IMG/VR virus record: IMGVR_UViG_3300005611_000005
DNA from: an uncultured virus (IMG/VR IMGVR_UViG_3300005611_000005)
Lineage: Duplodnaviria; Heunggongvirae; Uroviricota; Caudoviricetes
Length of the DNA: 64,000 nt
Strand: one strand, 5' to 3'
Below are positions 17,927 through 26,502 of the stretch, piece after piece. The translations under genes were made by a program, and so were the position numbers. Numbering within the stretch: position 1 is the stretch's first letter; each line of letters starts with the position of its first letter. The notes under the pieces were generated by a model that ran no database searches, was not told the origin of the DNA, and saw nothing but the letters and a program-made list of their open reading frames with translations.

Positions 17927-20395
17927 ATGGCAGAAAGAATCGTAAGCCCGGGCGTGTTTACAGAAGAAAAAGATTTATCGTTCCTGCCGCAAGGTATTGC
18001 TGCGTTAGGTGCTGCGTTTATTGGACCGACTATTAAAGGTCCTGCGCTTATTCCTACCCCAGTAACTTCCTACAGCGAGTTCGTGCAAATCTTTGGTGAC
18101 ACCAACCCTAATTTATATCTTCCATACGCAGCTAAAGAGTATCTACAAAATTCAGGACAGTTAACTGTAGTTCGTACTTTACACGACGATGGATACAGTT
18201 TATCAAATCCTGTTGCTGTAGTAGCTTCTGGCTCGTTTGGTAGAAAACATATTGCACTACTTCACCCTTCGCAAGTAGTATCTGAAACTAGTGCATTTTA
18301 TAATGGCACAACACCGTTATTTGAGTCTTCAACTTTAGCGTCAAATATATCTGGATCTTTTGTATTAGGAATTTCCGGTTCATATACCGTAAATTCTTCA
18401 GATTTTCCAAATGCTAAAGGTAACAGTACTGCAGTTTACAGCGCATCGCTATCAAGCTCAAGTCCGAACTTCTTAACTAAATTATTTGCAAAAAATGCTG
18501 GATCGACTTCAGACCCGGCTTATTTGTATACAATGTTCCAGGTACAAGCTTCAGCTTCGTTAGCAGCTGATCCTAATTTAGTAATTGAATTGCAATCAGG
18601 ATCATTTGATTTTGAAGAAGGATTTAAAGAAGCTGAAACTCCATGGATCATTTCTCAAACGGCTAACGGAGCCAATTTCAATTTATTTAAAGTACATACT
18701 ACTGCTGATGGTATTCATAGCAATTATGAATTTAAAATTGCTATTAGTTCTATTAAACCCGCAGGTTCAATTGCTGGATCTGAATATGGATCATTTACAT
18801 TGTCTGTACGTGCTGTAGATCAAGCTAAACTTCAAGCTCTTGGTTCTCCATACACTACCGAAGATTCAGATCTTCGTCCTAACGTAATTGAATCGTTTGA
18901 TAATGTAAATTTAGATCCTAATTCTTCTCGTTACATTGCTCGAGTAATTGGTGATAGATACAGAACGTTTCAGGCAGGAACAGGTAAAGTAATTGTTAAT
19001 GGAGATTATGCCAATCGTTCAAAATACATTTACATAGAAGTAGATGACAACGTTAAAAATGGAGTATATTCTCCAGAGCTAGTGCCTTTCGGATTTGCAG
19101 CTTTATTCAATCCATTGCCATCTGCATTTAGCAATGTACCTGCTGCTAGCTTTGTTTCAGCACAAACTTCCAGAGGCGTTTATAACAAACGAGTATTTTA
19201 TGGATTTGATTATAATTTTGCAGGAGGAGTTACTTCAGGAACAGTAACTGACAATGCCAATTATCTAAAACCAATTCCAAAAACAGGAGCTACTACTGGA
19301 TCTAACGTTCCATTCTTATTGAGCAATTTCAATCAAGAAGCAGGAGCTAATTTCCCAACAGCAGCCACTGCATATTCTGGATCAATAGATTTAACTTCTA
19401 ATACTTCCATAGATTCACGTAAATTTGTCGTACCATTCCAAGGTGGAGCTGATGGTATTCAACCAAACCGTAGATTGTTAACTGGAGCTTCAATTGTAGC
19501 TGCAAATACTCAAGGATATGATTTAAATGGATCGTCAGGAAAAGATTATTCAGTATATAAAAATGCAATTGACATTTTATCAAATGCAGATGAATATGAT
19601 ATGAATATGCTTGTTATGCCTGGTGTTATTCAGCAATATCATTCTGCAGTAATTGATTATGCAGCCCAGATGTGTTTGGATCGCGCAGATACATTCTTTG
19701 TATTCGATTGCGTTGGATTAACTGCTAATGTATCAACTGCAGTGTCTGAAATTAGCACTTTTGATAACAATTATGCTGCTACATATTATCCATGGGTAAG
19801 AATTGTAGATGCAAATGTTAACAAACCAGTATGGGTACCTCCTACCGTTGTTATTCCAGGTGTTCTTTCATTCAATGACAGAGTAGCTGCTGAATGGTAT
19901 GCACCTGCTGGATTGAATCGTGGTGGTCTTACTTCAGTAACTGATGCATATACTCGATTAACTCTTGCAGAAAGAGACGAGTTATATGAAGGTCGAGTTA
20001 ATCCGATCGCTACTTTCCCAGGAGTAGGTGTATGTGTATGGGGTCAAAAGACTCTTCAAGCTAAACCGTCTGCATTGGATAGAATCAATGTACGTCGTCT
20101 GTTGATTGCAGTTAAGAAATTTATTGCATCTGCAACAAGATATTTAGTATTTGAACAAAATACAGCTACTACTCGCAACAGATTCTTAAATATTGTTAAT
20201 CCTTATTTAGAGTCAGTACAGCAACGTCAAGGATTGTATGCATTCCGAGTAATTATGGACGAAACTAATAATACTCCAGACATTATTGACAGAAACATTA
20301 TGTATGGACAGATATTCTTGCAGCCAGCAAAAACTGCAGAATTCATTATTATTGACTTCAACATTCTACCTACCGGAGCATCGTTCCCAGAATAA
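17927..20395 (+). CDS. Tail sheath protein (T4 gp18-like)
   Basis: SPGVFTEEKDLS, YYPWV, WYAPAGLNRG, WGQKTLQ, RINVRRLL and PAKTAEFI motifs. Confidence 0.97.
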   Translation: MAERIVSPGVFTEEKDLSFLPQGIAALGAAFIGPTIKGPALIPTPVTSYSEFVQIFGDTNPNLYLPYAAKEYLQNSGQLTVVRTLHDDGYSLSNPVAVVASGSFGRKHIALLHPSQVVSETSAFYNGTTPLFESSTLASNISGSFVLGISGSYTVNSSDFPNAKGNSTAVYSASLSSSSPNFLTKLFAKNAGSTSDPAYLYTMFQVQASASLAADPNLVIELQSGSFDFEEGFKEAETPWIISQTANGANFNLFKVHTTADGIHSNYEFKIAISSIKPAGSIAGSEYGSFTLSVRAVDQAKLQALGSPYTTEDSDLRPNVIESFDNVNLDPNSSRYIARVIGDRYRTFQAGTGKVIVNGDYANRSKYIYIEVDDNVKNGVYSPELVPFGFAALFNPLPSAFSNVPAASFVSAQTSRGVYNKRVFYGFDYNFAGGVTSGTVTDNANYLKPIPKTGATTGSNVPFLLSNFNQEAGANFPTAATAYSGSIDLTSNTSIDSRKFVVPFQGGADGIQPNRRLLTGASIVAANTQGYDLNGSSGKDYSVYKNAIDILSNADEYDMNMLVMPGVIQQYHSAVIDYAAQMCLDRADTFFVFDCVGLTANVSTAVSEISTFDNNYAATYYPWVRIVDANVNKPVWVPPTVVIPGVLSFNDRVAAEWYAPAGLNRGGLTSVTDAYTRLTLAERDELYEGRVNPIATFPGVGVCVWGQKTLQAKPSALDRINVRRLLIAVKKFIASATRYLVFEQNTATTRNRFLNIVNPYLESVQQRQGLYAFRVIMDETNNTPDIIDRNIMYGQIFLQPAKTAEFIIIDFNILPTGASFPE

Positions 20396-20420
20396 ATTAG
20401 TTGATATTTATAGTTTTAAG

Positions 20421-20450
20421 AAAGCCTCTGGAGACAGGGGCTTTTTTTTT
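20421..20450 (+). terminator. Rho-independent terminator between convergent genes
   Basis: AAAGCCTCTG-GAGA-CAGGGGCTTT followed by a T tract. Confidence 0.85.
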
Positions 20451-20454
20451 GTTT

Positions 20455-21909
20455 TTACGATGGTATTAAATTAAATTTTAAATTACCAGCATTCCATACA
20501 CGGTCAAACCCATTGACTTGCATATTTTCATATTCAGTAAGTAATATATTAAAATGTTGTAATTTATCTTTCAATGTATGTTTTTGAAATGCTTCTCTGT
20601 TATATACATTTGCGCCTTTGAAATAAAAATAGCTAGGCTTTAGAATGTCAATTAATTTAAAATTTGTTTGTAAATATAAATTTCCAGTGCTAGTATTACG
20701 ATCGCAATACGTTAATATATTATTTGGTTGATGCGTTTTTATGAAATATTTAAGTAGTTTAGAAAATCCTCCAACAACTGTCGTATTCAATTTTGAAGAA
20801 AATCGTAATAGTTCCCATTCGAATTTTTTGTCATAGCGAGACTTTCCAAAAGTAGCGACTGCAACTAATTCATCATTATAATACAGACCTAAATTAACGG
20901 AAGAATTGCAAGTACCTTGTAGATGGGTAGTATTCAGAAATTCTTTTTTAGTTACTGCATTAACATTCTTTACAACACACTTTCTCGCAAATATTTTAGT
21001 ACTTTTACCTAATTTAGATAGTATCATCGATTTGACAATCTCTTGTTTCTGATACCATTGAAAATCGTATATATGTAACAATTGAATACCTCTTACAGCA
21101 CATCTCTCTGTTTTTTTAACGTGATATCGAGTATCATTTAATTTTGATTGTGAATGCCAATATATACCATTGAATTCTATAGCTAAATTAATATCGGGTA
21201 GGTAAATATCTAACTCTCTACCGTTTAAAACGTTACGGTCTTTTTCAATTAATTTAGTATTCGTTACTGATTTAATGAAATCTATAAGATCTTGTTCTCC
21301 TTTTGATTGAGTATTAACAGATTGATTAGCTGCGGAACATATTCTACAATTTGGAATATATCCATTATTTAAATTTACGGAGAATTGATGTGAACATACA
21401 TTACATCGAAATTCATAACACTGGCCGCGAGTAACTCCAGTAAACTCTGATTCAGAAAACATAGGAGTTAAATGTTTCCATCCATCGGTTATAGTTTTAT
21501 ATTTCGTTATCGTACGTTTTTCATGCCCGTTATAATTTTCTGAACCGTATCGTATCAATTTCGTTTGTTTAATTTTTTCAATATTCGTTAACTTTCCATA
21601 TCTTTCAATTTTCAATGACTTAGCTTTATCTAATAACAATGCATTTTGTAGAGCATGCTCAACTCCATGATTTTGCATCATAGTTTGTTTATGTTTAGTT
21701 TGCACTTCTTTCAATGCCATAGGATGTAATCCATTGAATTTTTCGTCCCACACTTTACGCAATGCTTTACGTTGTTTATTTTTGACTTCGGGATCAGCAT
21801 TAGCACATTTTTTGCAACAATATATTTTTGAATGAGTAGGGAGACATTCAAATGTATTTGTACATATTTTACATTTACGCGTTTCTCGTTGTTTCTTAGA
21901 TCTTGGCAT
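20455..21909 (-). mobile_element. Free-standing endonuclease: Zn ribbons + DUF559/Hef-like nuclease + C-terminal GNAT/Mom-like domain
   Basis: CxxC pairs; ELDIYLPDINLAIEFNGIYWHS; FLNTTHLQG...LVAVATFG...WELLRF...GGFSKLL...TYCD...GNLY. Only credible minus-strand gene; sits between sheath and tube. Confidence 0.75.
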
Positions 21910-21923
21910 AATTAATTTCGGTT

Positions 21924-21931
21924 CAAATATA
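21924..21931 (-). promoter_or_regulatory. Bacteroidota-type -7 element (TATATTTG) for the inverted endonuclease gene
   Basis: Exact TAnnTTTG match 14 nt upstream of the minus-strand start codon. Confidence 0.5.
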
Positions 21932-22038
21932 ATAATAATTATGAAAAATTATTTAAATATAAGTAAAATCTTCCGAAAAAATTATTTTTTTTTATTTATT
22001 GATATTTATATTAAATTAATCATTTAACAAACTGAAAT

Positions 22039-22527
22039 ATGGCAGAATTATTAGATCCAACGGAAATAATGTTTACAGCGTTTGAACCAAAAGTTGCAAA
22101 CCGATTCATTATGTATATCGAAGGAATTCCTTCATATCTTATCAAAGCAGCTAGCCGCCCTTCAATTACTTTCGGGGATGTAATTTTAGATCACATCAAT
22201 GTAGAAAGAAAATTAAAAGGTAAAGGTAGATGGAATGACGTTACAGTAACTCTTTACGATCCTGTAGTTCCTTCAGCCGCTCAGGCAGTAATGGAATGGG
22301 TTAGATTGTCTAAAGAGTCTGTAACAGGCCGCGACGGTTATTCTGACTTTTATAAGAAAGACATTACATTTAATTCTTTAGGACCTGTAGGCGATAAAGT
22401 TGAAGAATGGACTTTAAAAGGTGCATATATTGGAGACGCTCAATTTGGTGATATGGATTGGTCTACAGAAGATGCAGTGAATATTACATTAACTTTGAAA
22501 TACGATTATGCAATTTTGCAATTCTAA
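22039..22527 (+). CDS. Tail tube protein (T4 gp19-like)
   Basis: FEPKVANRF, WNDVTVTLYD, YKKDI and EEWTLKGA motifs; follows the sheath. Confidence 0.92.
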   Translation: MAELLDPTEIMFTAFEPKVANRFIMYIEGIPSYLIKAASRPSITFGDVILDHINVERKLKGKGRWNDVTVTLYDPVVPSAAQAVMEWVRLSKESVTGRDGYSDFYKKDITFNSLGPVGDKVEEWTLKGAYIGDAQFGDMDWSTEDAVNITLTLKYDYAILQF

Positions 22528-22564
22528 AATTTGATTGTTTCAAAAAATTACTTATATTTATAAT

Positions 22565-23068
22565 ATGAAAAAATCAGAATTTAGAAATCTAATACGAGAA
22601 GAAATTTCTAAAGTATTAAAAGAAAACCAACTCTCTGACATAGTGAATCAATTAATGAATGCCCCTAAAGGTTCTAAAGCTACTGGAGGTGGATACGGTC
22701 CATTTATAAAAATATCTTCTAACTCATGGAAGAATACAAAATCAAACTCATTACAACACTCCAGAGCATTAGCTGATTTTATTGGGGGATTCAGTGATTT
22801 TAAAATATCATCTTCTACCAATGAATCTAAATTACGCCCAGCAATTCATCAGTTCATTAAAGAAGAATCATCAACATCTCAAAAATTATTTAATAAACTA
22901 GAATCTCTTTTAAAGACTCATGACTGGACATATTTTATGTCTGATGACCATAGAGCATATAAACGTGGTGATGATCAGCATGAAGAAATTAAGGATTTAA
23001 TGAAGCAACTTAAGAATCTTGGATATGAGGAAAAGGTTAAAAAATTATACAGTATGTATAAACAATAA
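22565..23068 (+). CDS. Cargo protein 1 with conserved MKKSEFRxLIREE leader
   Basis: ATG at 22565 preferred over 22535; C-terminal HDWTYFMSDDHRAYKRG domain. Confidence 0.7.
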   Translation: MKKSEFRNLIREEISKVLKENQLSDIVNQLMNAPKGSKATGGGYGPFIKISSNSWKNTKSNSLQHSRALADFIGGFSDFKISSSTNESKLRPAIHQFIKEESSTSQKLFNKLESLLKTHDWTYFMSDDHRAYKRGDDQHEEIKDLMKQLKNLGYEEKVKKLYSMYKQ

Positions 23069-23073
23069 TAATT

Positions 23074-23427
23074 ATGAAAAAATCAGAATTTAGAAAGCTA
23101 ATCCGCGAAGAGGTTAAGAAAACTTTAACTGAAGCGAAGTTTAAATTACCGAATGACTTTGGTATCACGCATATTAAAGGTAAGCAATATACCTTTGAGT
23201 ATAGCAAATTTGCTATGGAGCCTACTATAGCACAAGCTGAAAAAATTGTAGCACTATTACGTAAGGAGTTTGCAAAAATAGCTGATAAGATACAAGCTGG
23301 TCCTTTAAAGGGAGAAGCTCACATCTATATAAGAAATGAAAATATCGCTATAGGATTAGACTTTACTTCACAGTTAGGAGATGAAGAGATGGCTGAAGTA
23401 GCCGGTGGTATAGATTACGCTGATTAA
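23074..23427 (+). CDS. Cargo protein 2 with conserved leader
   Basis: Starts MKKSEFRKLIREEVKKTLTE; unrelated body. Confidence 0.7.
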   Translation: MKKSEFRKLIREEVKKTLTEAKFKLPNDFGITHIKGKQYTFEYSKFAMEPTIAQAEKIVALLRKEFAKIADKIQAGPLKGEAHIYIRNENIAIGLDFTSQLGDEEMAEVAGGIDYAD

Positions 23428-23462
23428 TAATATATAAAAACTACACGCCCCCAGAATATCAG

Positions 23463-23487
23463 AGCCGGTTTCAATGCCGGCTTTTTT
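23463..23487 (+). terminator. Rho-independent terminator
   Basis: AGCCGGT-TTCAAT-GCCGGCT followed by a T tract. Confidence 0.8.
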
Positions 23488-23527
23488 GTTGGCTAAGGAT
23501 ATTTATATAAAATATAAAAAAGGAAAT

Positions 23528-23860
23528 ATGAAAAAATCAGAATTTAGAAAGCTAATACGAGAAGAAATTTCTAAAGTATTAAAAGAAGGAGAAGAAACTA
23601 ACGATACTGATACTACAGAAACGCCTTCTGCAGAACCTCAATTGTATGTAATATCATATGCATATCGCACTGGTAAACCAGATTACGACGATTACGATTT
23701 TGCTTACGAAACAATCAAAGCTAAATCTAGTTCAGATGCATTAGCTCAAGCTCGTAAAATGTTTGGTGGTGGATTGACAATAAACAGCAGTATTGAAATT
23801 AATACAGATGCTACAAAACATGCACGTGCAGAGTTAGCAAAAATGAGTAAAGATAAATAA
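23528..23860 (+). CDS. Cargo protein 3 with conserved leader
   Basis: ATG at 23528, after the motif at 23499; starts MKKSEFRKLIREEISKVLKE. Confidence 0.7.
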   Translation: MKKSEFRKLIREEISKVLKEGEETNDTDTTETPSAEPQLYVISYAYRTGKPDYDDYDFAYETIKAKSSSDALAQARKMFGGGLTINSSIEINTDATKHARAELAKMSKDK

Positions 23861-23861
23861 C

Positions 23862-24407
23862 ATGAATCGATTACAGTTAGAACGTTTAATTCAAGAAGAA
23901 ATTCGTAAAGCATTAGCAGAAAATCGTGGCAGACAGCCATCAGAATCTGACGTATCTGATTTCGTTACTCGAGTATTACAGTTAGGTTCTCGCGATAACA
24001 TATTCGATAAATACATGAGCAAAAAAGGAATTGATCCTTACGAGCTTTCTACATTTATGCGAATGGTTATTGACGATATTAAAACACATTATTTAAGCGA
24101 ATCGACTCGACTGCAAGAAGCCGAAATTACTCCGGTCGGACCTGATGGTCAAAAAATTACCGATCCTAATGTAATACGAAACTTAAACATGGCTCTTAAG
24201 TCGGTATCGACTACAATACGTCCGAAATTAATTGCATTAATTGAAGATCCAGGAGCTGTTAAAGAGCTAAAAAATATATCACAAAAAACTGCAGTGTTAG
24301 GGGCAATGGCAGTAGCGTTTGGAATTACTGAAAAAGAATTTTCTTCAATAGTGTCTAAAATTAAAAAAGTTCTACCTAAAGAAGGCAGTACTAATGATCA
24401 AGCTTAA
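23862..24407 (+). CDS. Cargo protein 4 with related leader
   Basis: Starts MNRLQLERLIQEEIRKALAE; internal LSES and LQEA sites. Confidence 0.65.
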   Translation: MNRLQLERLIQEEIRKALAENRGRQPSESDVSDFVTRVLQLGSRDNIFDKYMSKKGIDPYELSTFMRMVIDDIKTHYLSESTRLQEAEITPVGPDGQKITDPNVIRNLNMALKSVSTTIRPKLIALIEDPGAVKELKNISQKTAVLGAMAVAFGITEKEFSSIVSKIKKVLPKEGSTNDQA

Positions 24408-24951
24408 GCCTATAGCAGAATCTATACTTCAAGAAGCTGATGAAATGCCTACTTGGGGCGAAGTTAAACAGACTTTCGAAGCTATAGTAGGAAAACAAAA
24501 CAAAGATGAGGTTTCTAAATCTTTAAAGCAAGTAGCAAAATCAGGGTCTAAATTAGCAGCTAATTTTTTAACTGGCGGATTATTTACTGTAGTATCAGAT
24601 GCATTAGATGTAATTGACACGATTAGCGATAGTGCAGATGTAGCAAAAGGTATGTTAGCGTTAGGAAAGTCAGTAGCTATGGATCAATTGAAAAATCCTA
24701 AATCATCTGAATTTAAAAAAATGACAGCTCCTTTCTGGGACGCTATTCGTATTGATCCTGAAGTATCTATTATATTAGACGATACTATTGAAAAACAATT
24801 TATAGATCAAGTTATTATCGCAAATTTGAAAAAAGGTGGTAATGAAAATGAAAAAATTCCTAACATGAATTACGAGTTAGGAAAATGGTTAAATTCTCAA
24901 GGATTGAAACAAGCAGATATCTTTTTCAAAGGTAAGGCAGGAGAATTGTAA
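24394..24951 (+). CDS. Hypothetical protein, probable internal head protein
   Basis: MIKLKPIAESILQE leader. Confidence 0.6.
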   Translation: MIKLKPIAESILQEADEMPTWGEVKQTFEAIVGKQNKDEVSKSLKQVAKSGSKLAANFLTGGLFTVVSDALDVIDTISDSADVAKGMLALGKSVAMDQLKNPKSSEFKKMTAPFWDAIRIDPEVSIILDDTIEKQFIDQVIIANLKKGGNENEKIPNMNYELGKWLNSQGLKQADIFFKGKAGEL

Positions 24952-24993
24952 ATTACATATATTTATATATGTAATCATTAATTTACATTAGTT

Positions 24994-25857
24994 ATGCAAA
25001 CAGTCAATGACAACTATCCAAAAGGTAATACAGAACTTACCGATGCGCAGCTTAAAGAGCTAGCTTTACAAAACATGAATCGCGACGAAGTTCGCAATAC
25101 AGGATTTCCTACCGAAATAATTTCATTACCTTCGCAAGGAAAAGTATATCCTGCAGAAAATCCATTGTCTTCAGGTCAAATTGAAATGAAATACATGACC
25201 GCTCGTGAAGAAGACATTTTAACGTCTCCTAATTTAATTAAGCAGGGAGTTGTATTAGATAAATTAATGCAATCTTTAATTGTATCCAATGTTAAATACG
25301 ATGACATTGTCATTGGTGATAAAAATGCTATTATGGTAGCGGCTCGTATTTTAGGATATGGTAAGCATTACAATGTAGAACTTACATGTCCATCTTGCAA
25401 TCATAAAAATAAAATTTCTGTAGATTTAACTACATTAGAAGAAAAGAACTTGTCTGAAGATTTAGAGCAAACGTCTCCAGGAGTATTTAAATTTACTTTA
25501 CCAAATACAAATCGCGAAGTAGAATTTAAATTTTTAACTAGTGCAGATGAAAAAGCTATACAAAAAGAATTGGAATTTCTGAAAAAGTCCAATTCTAAAG
25601 ATTCTATCAACAGAGAATTGACTACCAGACTTAAACGTTTAATTGTATCCGTCGACGGTAATTACGATAGAAATTACATTTCTTCTTTTGTGCAAAATGA
25701 ATTGTTTGCTATTGATTCTCGTGCATTACGTGCATACATTAAAGAATCAGGACCTGATATGAAGTTTACTATTAACTTTCAATGCACCGAGTGCGGCCAC
25801 GAAGAGGAGGCGTTGGCTCTCCCTATGGGAGTGAGCTTTTTTTGGCCTGACGCCTGA
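24994..25857 (+). CDS. Baseplate hub/tail assembly chaperone (T4 gp26/gp51-like)
   Basis: ISLPSQGKVY, MTAREEDIL, two CxxC pairs, ends FFWPDA; upstream of the tape measure gene. Confidence 0.75.
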   Translation: MQTVNDNYPKGNTELTDAQLKELALQNMNRDEVRNTGFPTEIISLPSQGKVYPAENPLSSGQIEMKYMTAREEDILTSPNLIKQGVVLDKLMQSLIVSNVKYDDIVIGDKNAIMVAARILGYGKHYNVELTCPSCNHKNKISVDLTTLEEKNLSEDLEQTSPGVFKFTLPNTNREVEFKFLTSADEKAIQKELEFLKKSNSKDSINRELTTRLKRLIVSVDGNYDRNYISSFVQNELFAIDSRALRAYIKESGPDMKFTINFQCTECGHEEEALALPMGVSFFWPDA

Positions 25858-26086
25858 AGATAAATCTGCTATTCATTCTCAGTTATTTGAGATGGTATAT
25901 TATGGTAAAGGATTTTCGTGGACTGAATTATACAACCTACCATCTTGGCTTCGTAAATTCTACTTTAAAAAAATGGAAGAAGCTTTAAAGGCTGAAGCTA
26001 AAGCAGCTGAAGAATCGAATAAACGAGTCAAGAATTCACAAGCTGGTATTACAAAACCGAACATTCCTAGAGTACCACGTAAATAG
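25838..26086 (+). CDS. Putative frameshift extension of the tail chaperone (or a separate 64-aa ORF from 25892)
   Basis: The +1 frame opens exactly at the T7 run (25837-25843); FSWTELYNLPSWLRKFY resembles chaperone extensions. Confidence 0.65.
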   Translation, partial: FFGLTPEDKSAIHSQLFEMVYYGKGFSWTELYNLPSWLRKFYFKKMEEALKAEAKAAEESNKRVKNSQAGITKPNIPRVPRK

Positions 26087-26130
26087 TAATTGTTTACTAA
26101 TTTGATATTTATTAATAAACGAATAGTAAA

Positions 26131-26493
26131 ATGCAATTATCTGAATTTACTCAAATACTCAAGAAAGAAATAATATTGGAACTTGCTGCGAAAAAATCTC
26201 GGTTATCTGAAGGACTACTTGATTCTATTATAGGATCGATAATAGATAAAATCGTAAGCAGAAAATACAAAGATTATTTCGATGAAGTGCGTAACGATCC
26301 AGAATTTCAAGCTGCAAAACAATCTTTAGATCGGTATGCTAAGAAAGCTCGAGATCGAATGGATCGTTATGATAAAGCCAAAGCTAAATGGGAAAAAGAT
26401 TTCAAAGCTACTGAACGTAAACATGGTAAAGCAGCTGCAGAAAAGATACATGGCAAGAGTTTCATGGGTTACGCAGAATTTGTCAATGCATAA
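26131..26493 (+). CDS. Hypothetical protein with a capsid-targeting-like leader
   Basis: MQLSEFTQILKKEIILE...LSEG. Confidence 0.6.
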   Translation: MQLSEFTQILKKEIILELAAKKSRLSEGLLDSIIGSIIDKIVSRKYKDYFDEVRNDPEFQAAKQSLDRYAKKARDRMDRYDKAKAKWEKDFKATERKHGKAAAEKIHGKSFMGYAEFVNA

Positions 26494-26502
26494 TTTTAAC
26501 TG

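Larger units (their letters stand above)
22565..23587 (+). repeat. 60-nt direct repeats (22565-22624 and 23528-23587), with a diverged copy at 23074
   Basis: atgaaaaaatcagaatttagaaa(t/g)ctaatacgagaagaaatttctaaagtattaaaagaa; 59 of 60 nt identical. Confidence 0.9.

Noticed and set aside
22565..23587. CRISPR-like or attachment-site reading of the 60-nt repeats
   Set aside because: The repeats are in-frame coding leaders separated by whole genes; no regular spacers and no integrase.
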